Source: Actinomycetota bacterium | GTDB lineage: Bacteria > Actinomycetota > Aquicultoria > SURF-47 | DNA: 64,000 bases | Direction: 5' to 3' | Assembly (NCBI GenBank): GCA_003599235.1 | Contig: QZJE01000013.1 | Coordinates: 540-64,539, forward strand | Shown here: piece by piece, positions 18,747 through 27,023 of the stretch | How positions within the stretch are numbered: position 1 is the first letter of the stretch | How the letters are laid out: each line of letters starts with the position of its first letter | Notes under the pieces: generated by a model | The model's database searches: none | Told to the model about the DNA's origin: nothing | The model's input: only the letters and a program-made list of their open reading frames with translations | Made by a program: the position numbers and the translations under genes

Positions 18747-18774
18747 CTTGGTGCTTGGTTCTTGGTACTTGGTG
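18747..18774. repeat. Heptanucleotide tandem repeat CTTGGTN x4
   Basis: CTTGGTG CTTGGTT CTTGGTA CTTGGTG, perfect 7-nt period, ending 1 nt before the hicA stop codon. Confidence 0.85.
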
Positions 18775-18775
18775 C

Positions 18776-18997
18776 CTAGAGGAGCTTTTTAAGAGATTCT
18801 TTTTTTACATTTGCTCTTTTTAGAATAGCTTCTAATGTGCCCTTTTTTAAGTCTTTACTATGATAAGGAACAGGAATGGCTTTCTTAAGCTCTTCATTGA
18901 CCATAATTACATGACTACCAGTTTGGCGCTTAACATAGAAGCCAGATTTCTCTAGTACTTTAATTACCTGCTTCGGCCTTAAGGAAGGAGTTTTCAT
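18776..18997 (-). CDS. hicA: HicA-family toxin (mRNA interferase)
   Basis: 73 aa. Matches the HicA pattern K.LEK.GF...RQ.GSH......VP.H..KDL.KGTL..IL. Overlaps hicB by 4 bp. Confidence 0.8.
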   Translation of the reverse strand: MKTPSLRPKQVIKVLEKSGFYVKRQTGSHVIMVNEELKKAIPVPYHSKDLKKGTLEAILKRANVKKESLKKLL

Positions 18998-19212
18998 GCA
19001 GCAGTTATCTTTACATCAACTGTCTCTTCTTCTATCTTAGGTGGTTTCCAGCCCATTTCTTCCATAGTCTCAAGATACCCCTTGATAGCATCTTTGATAT
19101 TTTCTAAAGCCTCCTTTTTAGTGTCGCCCTCAGATACAACATCTGGAAGTTTTGGTACAAATACTGTATATCCACCTTCTTCTTGCCTTTCAAGTATCAC
19201 TTTGTATGTCAT
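18994..19212 (-). CDS. hicB: HicB-family antitoxin (UPF0150 fold)
   Basis: 72 aa. MTYKVILERQEEGGYTVFVPKLPDVVSEGDTKKEALENIKDAIKGYLE matches the HicB N-terminal consensus. RBS AGGAGGG upstream. Confidence 0.8.
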   Translation of the reverse strand: MTYKVILERQEEGGYTVFVPKLPDVVSEGDTKKEALENIKDAIKGYLETMEEMGWKPPKIEEETVDVKITAA

Positions 19213-19281
19213 TACTTTTCCCTCCTATAGTTATCATACCATAGCCTAGCTGGCATAACAAAGTAAAAAGGCTTGCTTCAC

Positions 19282-19295
19282 GGTCAACGGTCAAC
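19282..19295. repeat. Heptanucleotide tandem repeat GGTCAAC x2 (TTGACC family)
   Basis: GGTCAACGGTCAAC in the 335-bp intergenic region upstream of hicB. Confidence 0.6.
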
Positions 19296-19547
19296 TAATC
19301 CCATAGAAATTCAAGCTTTTCCAATAATTTGCCGATAGATAGTTTATATATTTTGCCGTAGGAGTGATTTAATTGTTTAAGAGAGAGCAAGTACGTACGT
19401 CCCGCCCTTTTTCTGAGACTAAACTAGAGGTTTGGCTTAAAAAAGTCGGCATGAAGATTCTAAAAGCCACTGGCTGGGATTACTACCTATTTCCGTAAAT
19501 TAGCCTTCATTATTTCAATATTTACTCTAGAACAAGCCTTAGAAGAA

Positions 19548-19772
19548 TTAATAAAACAAGTAAAGAACTACAGAAGTTATGGCGAAGATGATGGCTAAGA
19601 CTATGGTTATGCGGTTCAAGTTTCGCTCAATGATGGTGGTGCCGGAAAAACCGCTGGCCATAGCACCGCCGAAAGCGTTAGATAAGCCTGCCCCTTTGCC
19701 GGAATGAAGTAGGACGGCAAAAATCAAGCCGATGCAAACTATAACGTGAATAACAATGACTGCCTTTATCAT
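19548..19772 (-). CDS. secG: Preprotein translocase subunit SecG
   Basis: 74 aa, two TM segments, LLHSGKGAGLSNAFGG motif. Confidence 0.7.
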   Translation of the reverse strand: MIKAVIVIHVIVCIGLIFAVLLHSGKGAGLSNAFGGAMASGFSGTTIIERNLNRITIVLAIIFAITSVVLYLFY

Positions 19773-19784
19773 AACTTAGATACT

Positions 19785-21197
19785 TTACCCTACTTTTGCA
19801 GCACTTTCAATTCTTTTAATAGATTTTTGTTTTCCGAAAAGGACAAAAATATAGAAAAGTTCAGGGCCTTCTGTTTTGCCTGTTAAGGCGCACCTAACCG
19901 GCATAAAAACGTCCTTACCCTTAATCCCTTGTTCCTTCATCTCTTTGCTTAAGGATTTAAGTACTGCCCTGGCCTCATCGTTATTATCAACCCTACTGGC
20001 CCCCAAAACCTCAACTAATTTAGCTAACACAGCTTTAGAAGTATCTTTTTCCAACCACTGCTTAGCTTCCTTGGTTATCTTTAAGGGTTTAAAAAATAAC
20101 TCAGACTGCACTTTAGCATCGGCTAAAGTAATATAGTCGTCCCTGGTAGCCTCAACCATCTTAATTAACCATTCTCTGCTAACTTTCTTAACCTCATCCT
20201 TGGCAAGAAAGGGAATTGCCATCTGCGTTAACTCTTCTAAGGGATAACTTCTTATATGCTGACCGTTTATCCAGTTGAGTTTGCCTATATCGAAAATAGC
20301 AGGACTTTTTGATAATTTTTCTAAGCTAAAATACTGCATAAGTTCTTCCGGCTTAAATATTTCTTGTTCTCCAGCGGGAGTCCAGCTAAGCAATGCCAGG
20401 TAGTTAATAACAGCTTCATGCAGATAACCGGCTTCCCTATACTGAAAAACAGCGGTTGCTCCATGGCGCTTAGAGAGCTTACCACCATCACTGCCCATAA
20501 TAAGCGAGTGATGGGCAAACTTAGGAATATCGTATCCTAGAGCTTTAAATAAAAGGATGTGTTTAGGAGTATTAGGCAAATGATCATTTCCCCTGATAAC
20601 ATGGCTAATCTTCATTTCTGCGTCATCAACTACCACTGATAAATGAAAGGTGGGCATACCGTTGCCGCGCAAAATGATAAAGTCTTTTATATTTGCCGTA
20701 TCAAACTCAGTAGGGCCATAGACGATATCGTCAATGACTATTTTTTCTTTAGGAACCCTAAATCGTATGGCCGGATTTACTCCTTTAGCTGAAGCATCAA
20801 GTTGATCCCTGCCATCTAAACCCAAACAATTGCAAGTTTTTTTATTTACAGAATCGACTTTGGACTGCTCTCCACAATAACAATAATACGCCTTGCCGTC
20901 AGCAACTAGTTGTTTAGCTTTGCTTTTATAAAGTGATAACCTGCGGCTTTGACGGTAGGGGCCAAAGCCCCCTTTTCCCGGACCTTCGTCGTAGTTTAGG
21001 CCAAGCCAGCTAAGATCTTCTAAAATAGATTGCTCAAACTCCGGAGCCGACCTTAGAAAATCGGTATCTTCAATCCTAACTATAAAGTCGCCCCCATGAT
21101 GCTTAGCAAAAAGCCAATTGTACAAAGCAGTACGGGCTGAGCCTAAATGCAGGTTGCCAGTAGGAGAAGGAGCGAAGCGTACTCTTATATTACCCAT
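19785..21197 (-). CDS. gltX: Glutamyl-tRNA synthetase
   Basis: 470 aa. HIGH-type motif PSPTGNLHLGSARTA and KMSKS-type KLSKRHG. Confidence 0.9.
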   Translation of the reverse strand: MGNIRVRFAPSPTGNLHLGSARTALYNWLFAKHHGGDFIVRIEDTDFLRSAPEFEQSILEDLSWLGLNYDEGPGKGGFGPYRQSRRLSLYKSKAKQLVADGKAYYCYCGEQSKVDSVNKKTCNCLGLDGRDQLDASAKGVNPAIRFRVPKEKIVIDDIVYGPTEFDTANIKDFIILRGNGMPTFHLSVVVDDAEMKISHVIRGNDHLPNTPKHILLFKALGYDIPKFAHHSLIMGSDGGKLSKRHGATAVFQYREAGYLHEAVINYLALLSWTPAGEQEIFKPEELMQYFSLEKLSKSPAIFDIGKLNWINGQHIRSYPLEELTQMAIPFLAKDEVKKVSREWLIKMVEATRDDYITLADAKVQSELFFKPLKITKEAKQWLEKDTSKAVLAKLVEVLGASRVDNNDEARAVLKSLSKEMKEQGIKGKDVFMPVRCALTGKTEGPELFYIFVLFGKQKSIKRIESAAKVG

Positions 21198-21217
21198 TGA
21201 CCATTGACCTTTTACCC
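21197..21217. repeat. Heptanucleotide tandem repeat TTGACCA TTGACCT TTTACCC (TTGACC family)
   Basis: Fills the ispF-gltX intercistronic spacer and abuts the gltX ATG. Confidence 0.6.
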
Positions 21218-21682
21218 TTCATCTAATAGAACAGTAGCCATGGCAGCAATTCCTTCGCCTCTGCCGGTAAAGCCCATTTTCTCGGTAGTTTTTGCCTTAA
21301 TGCTAATTAGGCTTTCGTCTAAGCTTAAAACATTACCAATAGCTTTTTTCATATCCTGCCAATGATTCTCTAACCTGGGAAGTTCAAGAATTATTACAGA
21401 ATCGATGTTTACGATCTTATACCCAGCCCTAGATATCATCTGGGCTGTCTTTTCTAATAATTTCAAACTGGAAACATCCTTATACTCATCAGTTGATGGA
21501 AAAAAGTGACCGATATTGCCTAAAACAGAAGCTCCCAAAAGAGCATCGATGATAGCATGAACCAGTACATCGGCATCAGAGTGACCGGCTAGCCCTTTTT
21601 CGAAATCAATATTTACTCCGCCTAATACTAACGGCCGGCCTTTTACAAAAGGATGGGCATCATAGCCTATTCCGACTCTCAA
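21212..21682 (-). CDS. ispF: 2-C-methyl-D-erythritol 2,4-cyclodiphosphate synthase
   Basis: 156 aa. MRVGIGYDAHPF...HSDADVLVHA..DALLGA. Confidence 0.9.
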   Translation of the reverse strand: MRVGIGYDAHPFVKGRPLVLGGVNIDFEKGLAGHSDADVLVHAIIDALLGASVLGNIGHFFPSTDEYKDVSSLKLLEKTAQMISRAGYKIVNIDSVIILELPRLENHWQDMKKAIGNVLSLDESLISIKAKTTEKMGFTGRGEGIAAMATVLLDEG

Positions 21683-22364
21683 CTTTTCTCCTTTTTAAAA
21701 TCTCCTCAGCCACGTTTAGGTCTTCGGGGGTAGTTATCTTGATATTATCGTAGGAACCCATATACATCTTTACCCTGTACCCTTGCCGTTCCAGCAAAGA
21801 AGCGTCGTCGGTAGCATAGTAGCCTTGCTGCATTGCCTTTTCGTAAGATATTTTCAAAGGGCCAGCTTTGAAAACCTGAGGAGTTTGGGCAACCCAGAGG
21901 AAAGCACGTTCGGCTGTTTTTTTAATTAGCTGGTTTCCGGTAACCCTTTTGATGGTATCGATTACGGGAACACCGGCGATTATACCATCATCGGAACCGA
22001 TTGCGGCAATAAGTTCGTCAATTAGTTTTGGACCAATTAGCGCCCGGGCCGCATCATGAATTGCCACGATATCGGCAGCATCATTTAGCACCTTTACCGC
22101 CTGATAACACGAATCTTGCCTTTCTTTGCCGCCAGCCAAAACCTTAGCTACTTTGGTATATTCATTCTGTCTTACAAGCTCCTCAGCCTTTTGTACTTGT
22201 TCTGCTTTTACGACCAAAATTACAGCATCGACTAAATTAGCTTTTTCAAAAGCATCCAGGGAATATGAAAGTAAGGGTTTATCAGCCAAATTAATAAATT
22301 GCTTGGCACCAAATTGCTTCATCCGCTGGCCGGCGCCGGCGGCCAAAACTATAGCTATATTCAT
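21660..22364 (-). CDS. ispD: 2-C-methyl-D-erythritol 4-phosphate cytidylyltransferase
   Basis: 234 aa. N-terminal IVLAAGAGQRM motif. 23-nt overlap with ispF. Confidence 0.85.
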   Translation of the reverse strand: MNIAIVLAAGAGQRMKQFGAKQFINLADKPLLSYSLDAFEKANLVDAVILVVKAEQVQKAEELVRQNEYTKVAKVLAGGKERQDSCYQAVKVLNDAADIVAIHDAARALIGPKLIDELIAAIGSDDGIIAGVPVIDTIKRVTGNQLIKKTAERAFLWVAQTPQVFKAGPLKISYEKAMQQGYYATDDASLLERQGYRVKMYMGSYDNIKITTPEDLNVAEEILKRRKVESRNRL

Positions 22365-23410
22365 TTCGCTCCCTTCACAAGCTTGGCAAACATCATTTTA
22401 CCGGCTGAGGTTTGCAATATAGAAGTCACTGTTGCTTCTACCTCAGAGCCAATATGACTCTGAGCTGATTCTACAACCAGCATGGTTCCGTCTTCAAGAT
22501 AGCCTACCGCCTGGCCTTTTTCTTTACCTTTTTTAACTAATAAAATCTTTAAAGTTTCGCCGGGTAATACAACCGGCCTTAATTTTATCGCTAACTCATT
22601 GATGTTTAGTACCTTAATTTTCTCTAAAGCGGCTACTTTCGATAAATTATAATCATTAGTAGCTAGTGTTGCTCCTAAGTCTGATGATAACTGAATTAAT
22701 TTATCATCAGGCTCAATGAGCTCTGGATAGTCTTTTTCTAATAGTTCTGCCGGGCCAACTTTGGTCAATACCTGCAGTACATCCAGTCCCCTTCGGCCGC
22801 GAGCCCTCTTTAGTTCATCATCTGAGTCAGCAATGCCCTGCAGTTCATTAATAATAAACCGGGGAATTACAATGTTTGCAGAAATAAAACCCATTTTTAC
22901 CAGTTCAGCGATACGGCCATCAATGGCTACACTGCTATCGATGACTAAAGTATTATTTTTGCTTTTACTTGCAGACCCAGCGCTTATTCCGCTAAAAAAA
23001 TCCAGGCTTGCTTTCTTTCTGGCAAAAATATTTAAACCTAGATATCCGAAGATGAAATAAACAAGTACGATAGCATAAGGAACCGCAACCGGAGTAATAG
23101 GGCTAAGGGCTTCCTTTATTGGTTGGGACACTAAGGAAGAGACAACCAGTCCGAGTATTAAGCCGCCTGAGCCCATAACCAGCTCGGAAGGCGATACTTT
23201 TTGGGTTTTTTCCTCAATCCACTTAACGGTGCGGTCTAATTTGCGGCCTATCACTCCGCCAAGAACATAGCCTATCCCTGTGCCTATAACAATAAATAAA
23301 ATGAGTGCTAAATTTTTTGACACAAAGGATATCTGCCAAATCTTGCCCAGATAAGCACTTCCTACCGCTACCGCTAGCATAAAAATGAGGCGAATTGCTT
23401 CTGCTAGCAT
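22361..23410 (-). CDS. Membrane-anchored PIN-domain and TRAM-domain protein (YacL-like)
   Basis: 349 aa. N-terminal TM helices, central PIN-like region, C-terminal TRAM-like region. Synteny with disA and ispDF as in Firmicutes. Confidence 0.65.
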   Translation of the reverse strand: MLAEAIRLIFMLAVAVGSAYLGKIWQISFVSKNLALILFIVIGTGIGYVLGGVIGRKLDRTVKWIEEKTQKVSPSELVMGSGGLILGLVVSSLVSQPIKEALSPITPVAVPYAIVLVYFIFGYLGLNIFARKKASLDFFSGISAGSASKSKNNTLVIDSSVAIDGRIAELVKMGFISANIVIPRFIINELQGIADSDDELKRARGRRGLDVLQVLTKVGPAELLEKDYPELIEPDDKLIQLSSDLGATLATNDYNLSKVAALEKIKVLNINELAIKLRPVVLPGETLKILLVKKGKEKGQAVGYLEDGTMLVVESAQSHIGSEVEATVTSILQTSAGKMMFAKLVKGAK

Positions 23411-23438
23411 ATTTTGTTGTCACCGTTCCTAGATTAAA

Positions 23439-23906
23439 TTAATTAACGAACGTATCTACTTTTTTAACTACATCTTTTTCTGGCTTGTCCAATGAATGCA
23501 TTAATTCGCTAACTAATATCTGCTTAGCTTTGTTTAGCATTCTTTTTTCTCTGGTTGTAAGCCCATCGCGACCTGAGAGATCTCTTACAACTTCAGCAAC
23601 TTGAAAGGGTGAGCCGCTACCTATCTTTTCATTATTTATCTTAAAACGCTCATTCCAATCATCGGGCATGGTGCATTTTTTATCTTTTAGTATATTGAAC
23701 ACTTTTCTAGCCTGGGAAGAACTGATTACTGTCCTTAACCCCAGGTCTTGGGTGTTAGAGACAGGTACCGTTATTTTAAGCTCTCCCAATGAAAGCTTAA
23801 AGATATAGTACTTGTGCTTCTCGTTAAGTACTACTTTTTCCTGGAGGCCTTCGATTGTGCCCGCTCCGTGATGAGGGTATACAACCTTGTCGCCTACCTT
23901 AAACAT
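23439..23906 (-). CDS. CarD/CdnL-family RNA-polymerase-binding regulator
   Basis: 155 aa. MFKVGDKVVYPHHGAGTIEGL N-terminal Tudor-like motif. Confidence 0.8.
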   Translation of the reverse strand: MFKVGDKVVYPHHGAGTIEGLQEKVVLNEKHKYYIFKLSLGELKITVPVSNTQDLGLRTVISSSQARKVFNILKDKKCTMPDDWNERFKINNEKIGSGSPFQVAEVVRDLSGRDGLTTREKRMLNKAKQILVSELMHSLDKPEKDVVKKVDTFVN

Positions 23907-24000
23907 ACTTACACCTCAAATTAAAGGCTATATTTGTTTAGTTATTACCAAACAGCCTAGTACATTAATTATACCACTTAAGCAGCTTTTTTGTAAATCT

Positions 24001-24022
24001 AGGCACGGGGACCTGCCCCTAC
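24001..24022 (-). repeat. REP-like GC-rich element (GTAGGGGCAGGTCCCCGTGCCT on minus strand)
   Basis: Same GTAGGGGCAGG head as the REPs flanking the RAYT gene at 61.4-62.0 kb. Sits in the carD-divergent intergenic region. Confidence 0.6.
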
Positions 24023-24113
24023 ATAATTGCACCACCCCTCGTATATTCATCTTTATCTAATTCCTGTTTCCTGTTGCCTGTATCCTGATATATAATTGCA
24101 ACCAGGAGGTAAT

Positions 24114-24509
24114 ATGAAGAAGAAGGAAGCTCAAGAACTACAAGAAGCCGTATCTCATTTCTTGGTTAGAAACCGCAGTATTCTTGATGTAATGGCAAAA
24201 TTCGCCGAGTCTAATGCAAAGGTAAACAGCGCTATTGTTAAGTCGGTAACTCACTGCGGCTGCTTAGAAATCGATGCCTCAAAGCAACCGATTCCCGAAG
24301 GAACTAGTATCGCCGAGATGCTTTCTTATGTCCAAAGCCATATTAAAGGGAAGTTGTGTGATAACTGCCGTCAAATATTAGAAGAAGATATCGGCAACAG
24401 CCTTTTTTACTTAACCGGTATTTGTGCCTTATTAGACCTTGACTTAGAAGAGATCATGAAAAGTGAAAACTCTGCCATTTCTACTTTGGGAGTTTATTCA
24501 CTGACTTAG
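24114..24509 (+). CDS. Hypothetical small protein with two Cys pairs (HCGC...CDNC)
   Basis: Track start is TTG at 24096; AGGAGG at 24104-24109 followed by ATG at 24114 suggests the shorter form. Converges on disA with 4-bp overlap. Confidence 0.5.
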   Translation: MKKKEAQELQEAVSHFLVRNRSILDVMAKFAESNAKVNSAIVKSVTHCGCLEIDASKQPIPEGTSIAEMLSYVQSHIKGKLCDNCRQILEEDIGNSLFYLTGICALLDLDLEEIMKSENSAISTLGVYSLT

Positions 24510-25579
24510 ACGTATCTTTCCATCAAAGATGCTTCTCTGAAACGCCTAAGCGAATCATGTATTTCTTTGGCCCTGGATTTAGCAACCCCGGGCACTTCTT
24601 CTAAGTCCGTTGCCTTAGCTAATAAAACAGCTTGCAGGGAGCCGAATTTATTAACTATTTTATCAATAACAACTAAAGGCAAACGGGGCACTTTCTTCAA
24701 AACCCGGTATCCGCGGGGATGAATGTTTGTATCTAAAATGCTGATGTCGCCATCATAGCCCAGAGCCTTGGCAATATTTAGCAGATCAAGCATTTCCTCG
24801 GAAGTAAGCCTTTTTAATTGAAGTTTAATTTCTTCGATATCATGTTTAGGCTTAGCATAGTCCTTAATAATAGCTAAACTATGCTCTGGAATATTTGCCA
24901 GTAGCTCCTCAGACTGAACCTTGATTAATTTTCCTTCACTTCCTAATTCATAGACATAACGGTTAATCTGGTCTGCCACCCGCTCTACCATAAGCGAGCG
25001 CTGTAAAACGATAACAACATCTAATAAAGTTACTAAGTCCTCATATTCGAGAGCACCTAAATTAGCATCAACCTGTTCTAGGCGCGTTTTGTATTTTTCA
25101 AACGCTTGTAGGGCTTGATTGGCTTTTGCCAGAATACTTCTGGTATCTCTTAAAATATACTTAATGTTGTCCACATATAGCGTCACAGATTGCCGCTTTT
25201 GAGAAACAGAAATTACCAAAGCTTTGGTTTGTTTGGCTACCCTCTCTGCTGTTCTGTGCCTCATTCCGCTCTCACTTGTATATATTGAGGAATCAGGAAC
25301 CAGATGAACATTGGAACGCAGTATTTGGTTAAGCTCGCTGTCCATGATGATTGCGCCATCCATTTTCGTAAGTTCATATAAGCGTTGGGGGGTAAATTGA
25401 CAATACAGCTCAAAGCCTCCGTTACTCATTTTAAGCACGTTTTCGGTATCGCCAATGACAATTAAACCACCTGTTTTGGCACTAATAATATATTCGATTG
25501 CCTCGCGCAAATCAGTCCCCGGTGCGATTTTTTTAAGCGCATCAGCTAACATTTGCTGTTTTTGAGTTCTTGTTGTCAC
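24506..25579 (-). CDS. disA: DNA integrity scanning protein DisA (diadenylate cyclase)
   Basis: 357 aa. DGAIIMD and SGMRHRTAER motifs, C-terminal HhH region. GTG start with AGGAG upstream. Confidence 0.85.
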   Translation of the reverse strand: MTTRTQKQQMLADALKKIAPGTDLREAIEYIISAKTGGLIVIGDTENVLKMSNGGFELYCQFTPQRLYELTKMDGAIIMDSELNQILRSNVHLVPDSSIYTSESGMRHRTAERVAKQTKALVISVSQKRQSVTLYVDNIKYILRDTRSILAKANQALQAFEKYKTRLEQVDANLGALEYEDLVTLLDVVIVLQRSLMVERVADQINRYVYELGSEGKLIKVQSEELLANIPEHSLAIIKDYAKPKHDIEEIKLQLKRLTSEEMLDLLNIAKALGYDGDISILDTNIHPRGYRVLKKVPRLPLVVIDKIVNKFGSLQAVLLAKATDLEEVPGVAKSRAKEIHDSLRRFREASLMERYV

Positions 25580-25598
25580 CTTACTCCTAAAATCTAAA

Positions 25599-25620
25599 CC
25601 TTCAGCTCTTCAGTCTTCAG
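25599..25620. repeat. Short tandem repeat CTTCAG x3 (periods 8 and 7)
   Basis: CCTTCAG CTCTTCAG TCTTCAG, 20-40 nt upstream of the disA start. Confidence 0.5.
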
Positions 25621-25629
25621 TCTCTATCC

Positions 25630-26970
25630 TTACGTCAGGTACTCCATTGCTTGTTCTAACTTACTAACCCTGCATAACTTGATTTTCTCTGAGGTTTTTA
25701 CCTTCAGTTCTGGCATAATAATATTTTTAAAACCTAACTTGGAGGCTTCAATTACCCTTTGCTCAGTTGATGATACCTGGCGCAATTCCCCTGAGAGACC
25801 GATTTCTCCAAATGCTATTGTATCGGCAGAAAGCTTCTTATTCTTTAATGAAGAAGCAACAGCTAAGGCAATGCCGATATCAGCCCCAGCTTCACCAACC
25901 TTTAATCCGCCTGCTACATTAGCATAAACATCTTTGTTAGCCAGAGATAGCCCAACCCGTTTTTCTAGTACTGCAATTATAATAGCCAAGCGGTTATAAT
26001 CCAAGCCAGACACCTGTCTTCTGGGGTTAGAAAAATATGATGGAGTCACCAGAGCTTGCACTTCTACCAAGAGTGGCCTAGTTCCCTCGATGGTGGCTAC
26101 TACCACGGAACCGGGCTCACTTTGGCGCTGTGACAAAAATAACTGAGAAGGATTAGCTACCTCTACAAGCCCTGAATCCCGCATTTCAAAAACGCCCACT
26201 TCATTGGTTGAGCCAAAACGGTTTTTGTGCGCCCTGATTATCCGATAACTATGGCAGCTATCCCCTTCAAAATATAAAACGGTGTCGACTATATGCTCTA
26301 GCAGCCTGGGGCCGGCAATAGCACCCTCCTTTGTCACATGCCCTACTATAAAAACCGGTTTATTTAAATCCTTGGCGATTTTTAGCAGACGGGCTGTACA
26401 TTCCCTTATCTGGCTTACACTGCCGGGAGCAGAACTGACTTCGGGCAAAGACATCGTCTGAATCGAATCGATTATTATTATCTGAGGATTAACCGCTTTA
26501 ACCTGCTTGTCTATATATTCTAAGTTAGTTTCAGAAAGTACTAAGGTATTGTCGGATAGTGAGCCTACTCTTTGGGCTCGCATTTTAACTTGGTTGACTG
26601 ATTCCTCTCCGGATACTAAAAGAACCTTTTGGCCTTGATTAGAGACCTGTGATGCTAATTGCAAAAGAAGAGTGGATTTGCCGATTCCTGGTTGGCCGCC
26701 TAATAGTACAAGACTACCTGGGACAATGCCTCCGCCTAGTACCCGGTCGAGTTCGCTGATACCGGTTTTAGTCCGCTTGAAATTAACACTGTTTACTTCG
26801 GTAATTTTTTCAGGCTTAGAATAGTCTTTTTTATCATCGCTTGCACCTTTATAGAAGGTAAGTTCTTCAGCGAAGGTATTGTATTGCTCACAATCTGGAC
26901 AACGCCCCAACCACTGAGGCGAGATATAGCCGCATTGCCCGCATACAAAACCAGTAGCTACTTTACTCAT
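25630..26970 (-). CDS. radA: DNA repair protein RadA/Sms
   Basis: 446 aa. N-terminal zinc ribbon (CGQCGY...CPDC), Walker A GQPGIGKST, Lon-like C-terminus. Confidence 0.9.
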   Translation of the reverse strand: MSKVATGFVCGQCGYISPQWLGRCPDCEQYNTFAEELTFYKGASDDKKDYSKPEKITEVNSVNFKRTKTGISELDRVLGGGIVPGSLVLLGGQPGIGKSTLLLQLASQVSNQGQKVLLVSGEESVNQVKMRAQRVGSLSDNTLVLSETNLEYIDKQVKAVNPQIIIIDSIQTMSLPEVSSAPGSVSQIRECTARLLKIAKDLNKPVFIVGHVTKEGAIAGPRLLEHIVDTVLYFEGDSCHSYRIIRAHKNRFGSTNEVGVFEMRDSGLVEVANPSQLFLSQRQSEPGSVVVATIEGTRPLLVEVQALVTPSYFSNPRRQVSGLDYNRLAIIIAVLEKRVGLSLANKDVYANVAGGLKVGEAGADIGIALAVASSLKNKKLSADTIAFGEIGLSGELRQVSSTEQRVIEASKLGFKNIIMPELKVKTSEKIKLCRVSKLEQAMEYLT

Positions 26971-26998
26971 AAGTTAATAATAGCATAATGAGCAGGGG

Positions 26999-27023
26999 GT
27001 AGGTGGTAGGAAGTAGGGAGTAG
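26999..27023. repeat. Heptanucleotide tandem repeat GTAGGNN x4
   Basis: GTAG at 26999, 27006, 27013 and 27020, exactly 7 nt apart, ending at the clpC stop codon. GTAG is also the head tetranucleotide of the REP elements in this window. Confidence 0.7.

Noticed and set aside
19460-19475. GCCACTG, resembling the B12-box core of cobalamin riboswitches
   Set aside because: None of the other conserved riboswitch elements are present around it and no cobalamin-related gene follows. Most likely chance.
21660-21682. 23-nt ispD/ispF overlap as a possible sign of a disrupted fused ispDF gene
   Set aside because: Both ORFs are full length with their own conserved N-terminal motifs. Separate adjacent ispD and ispF genes are normal in Firmicutes-type genomes.
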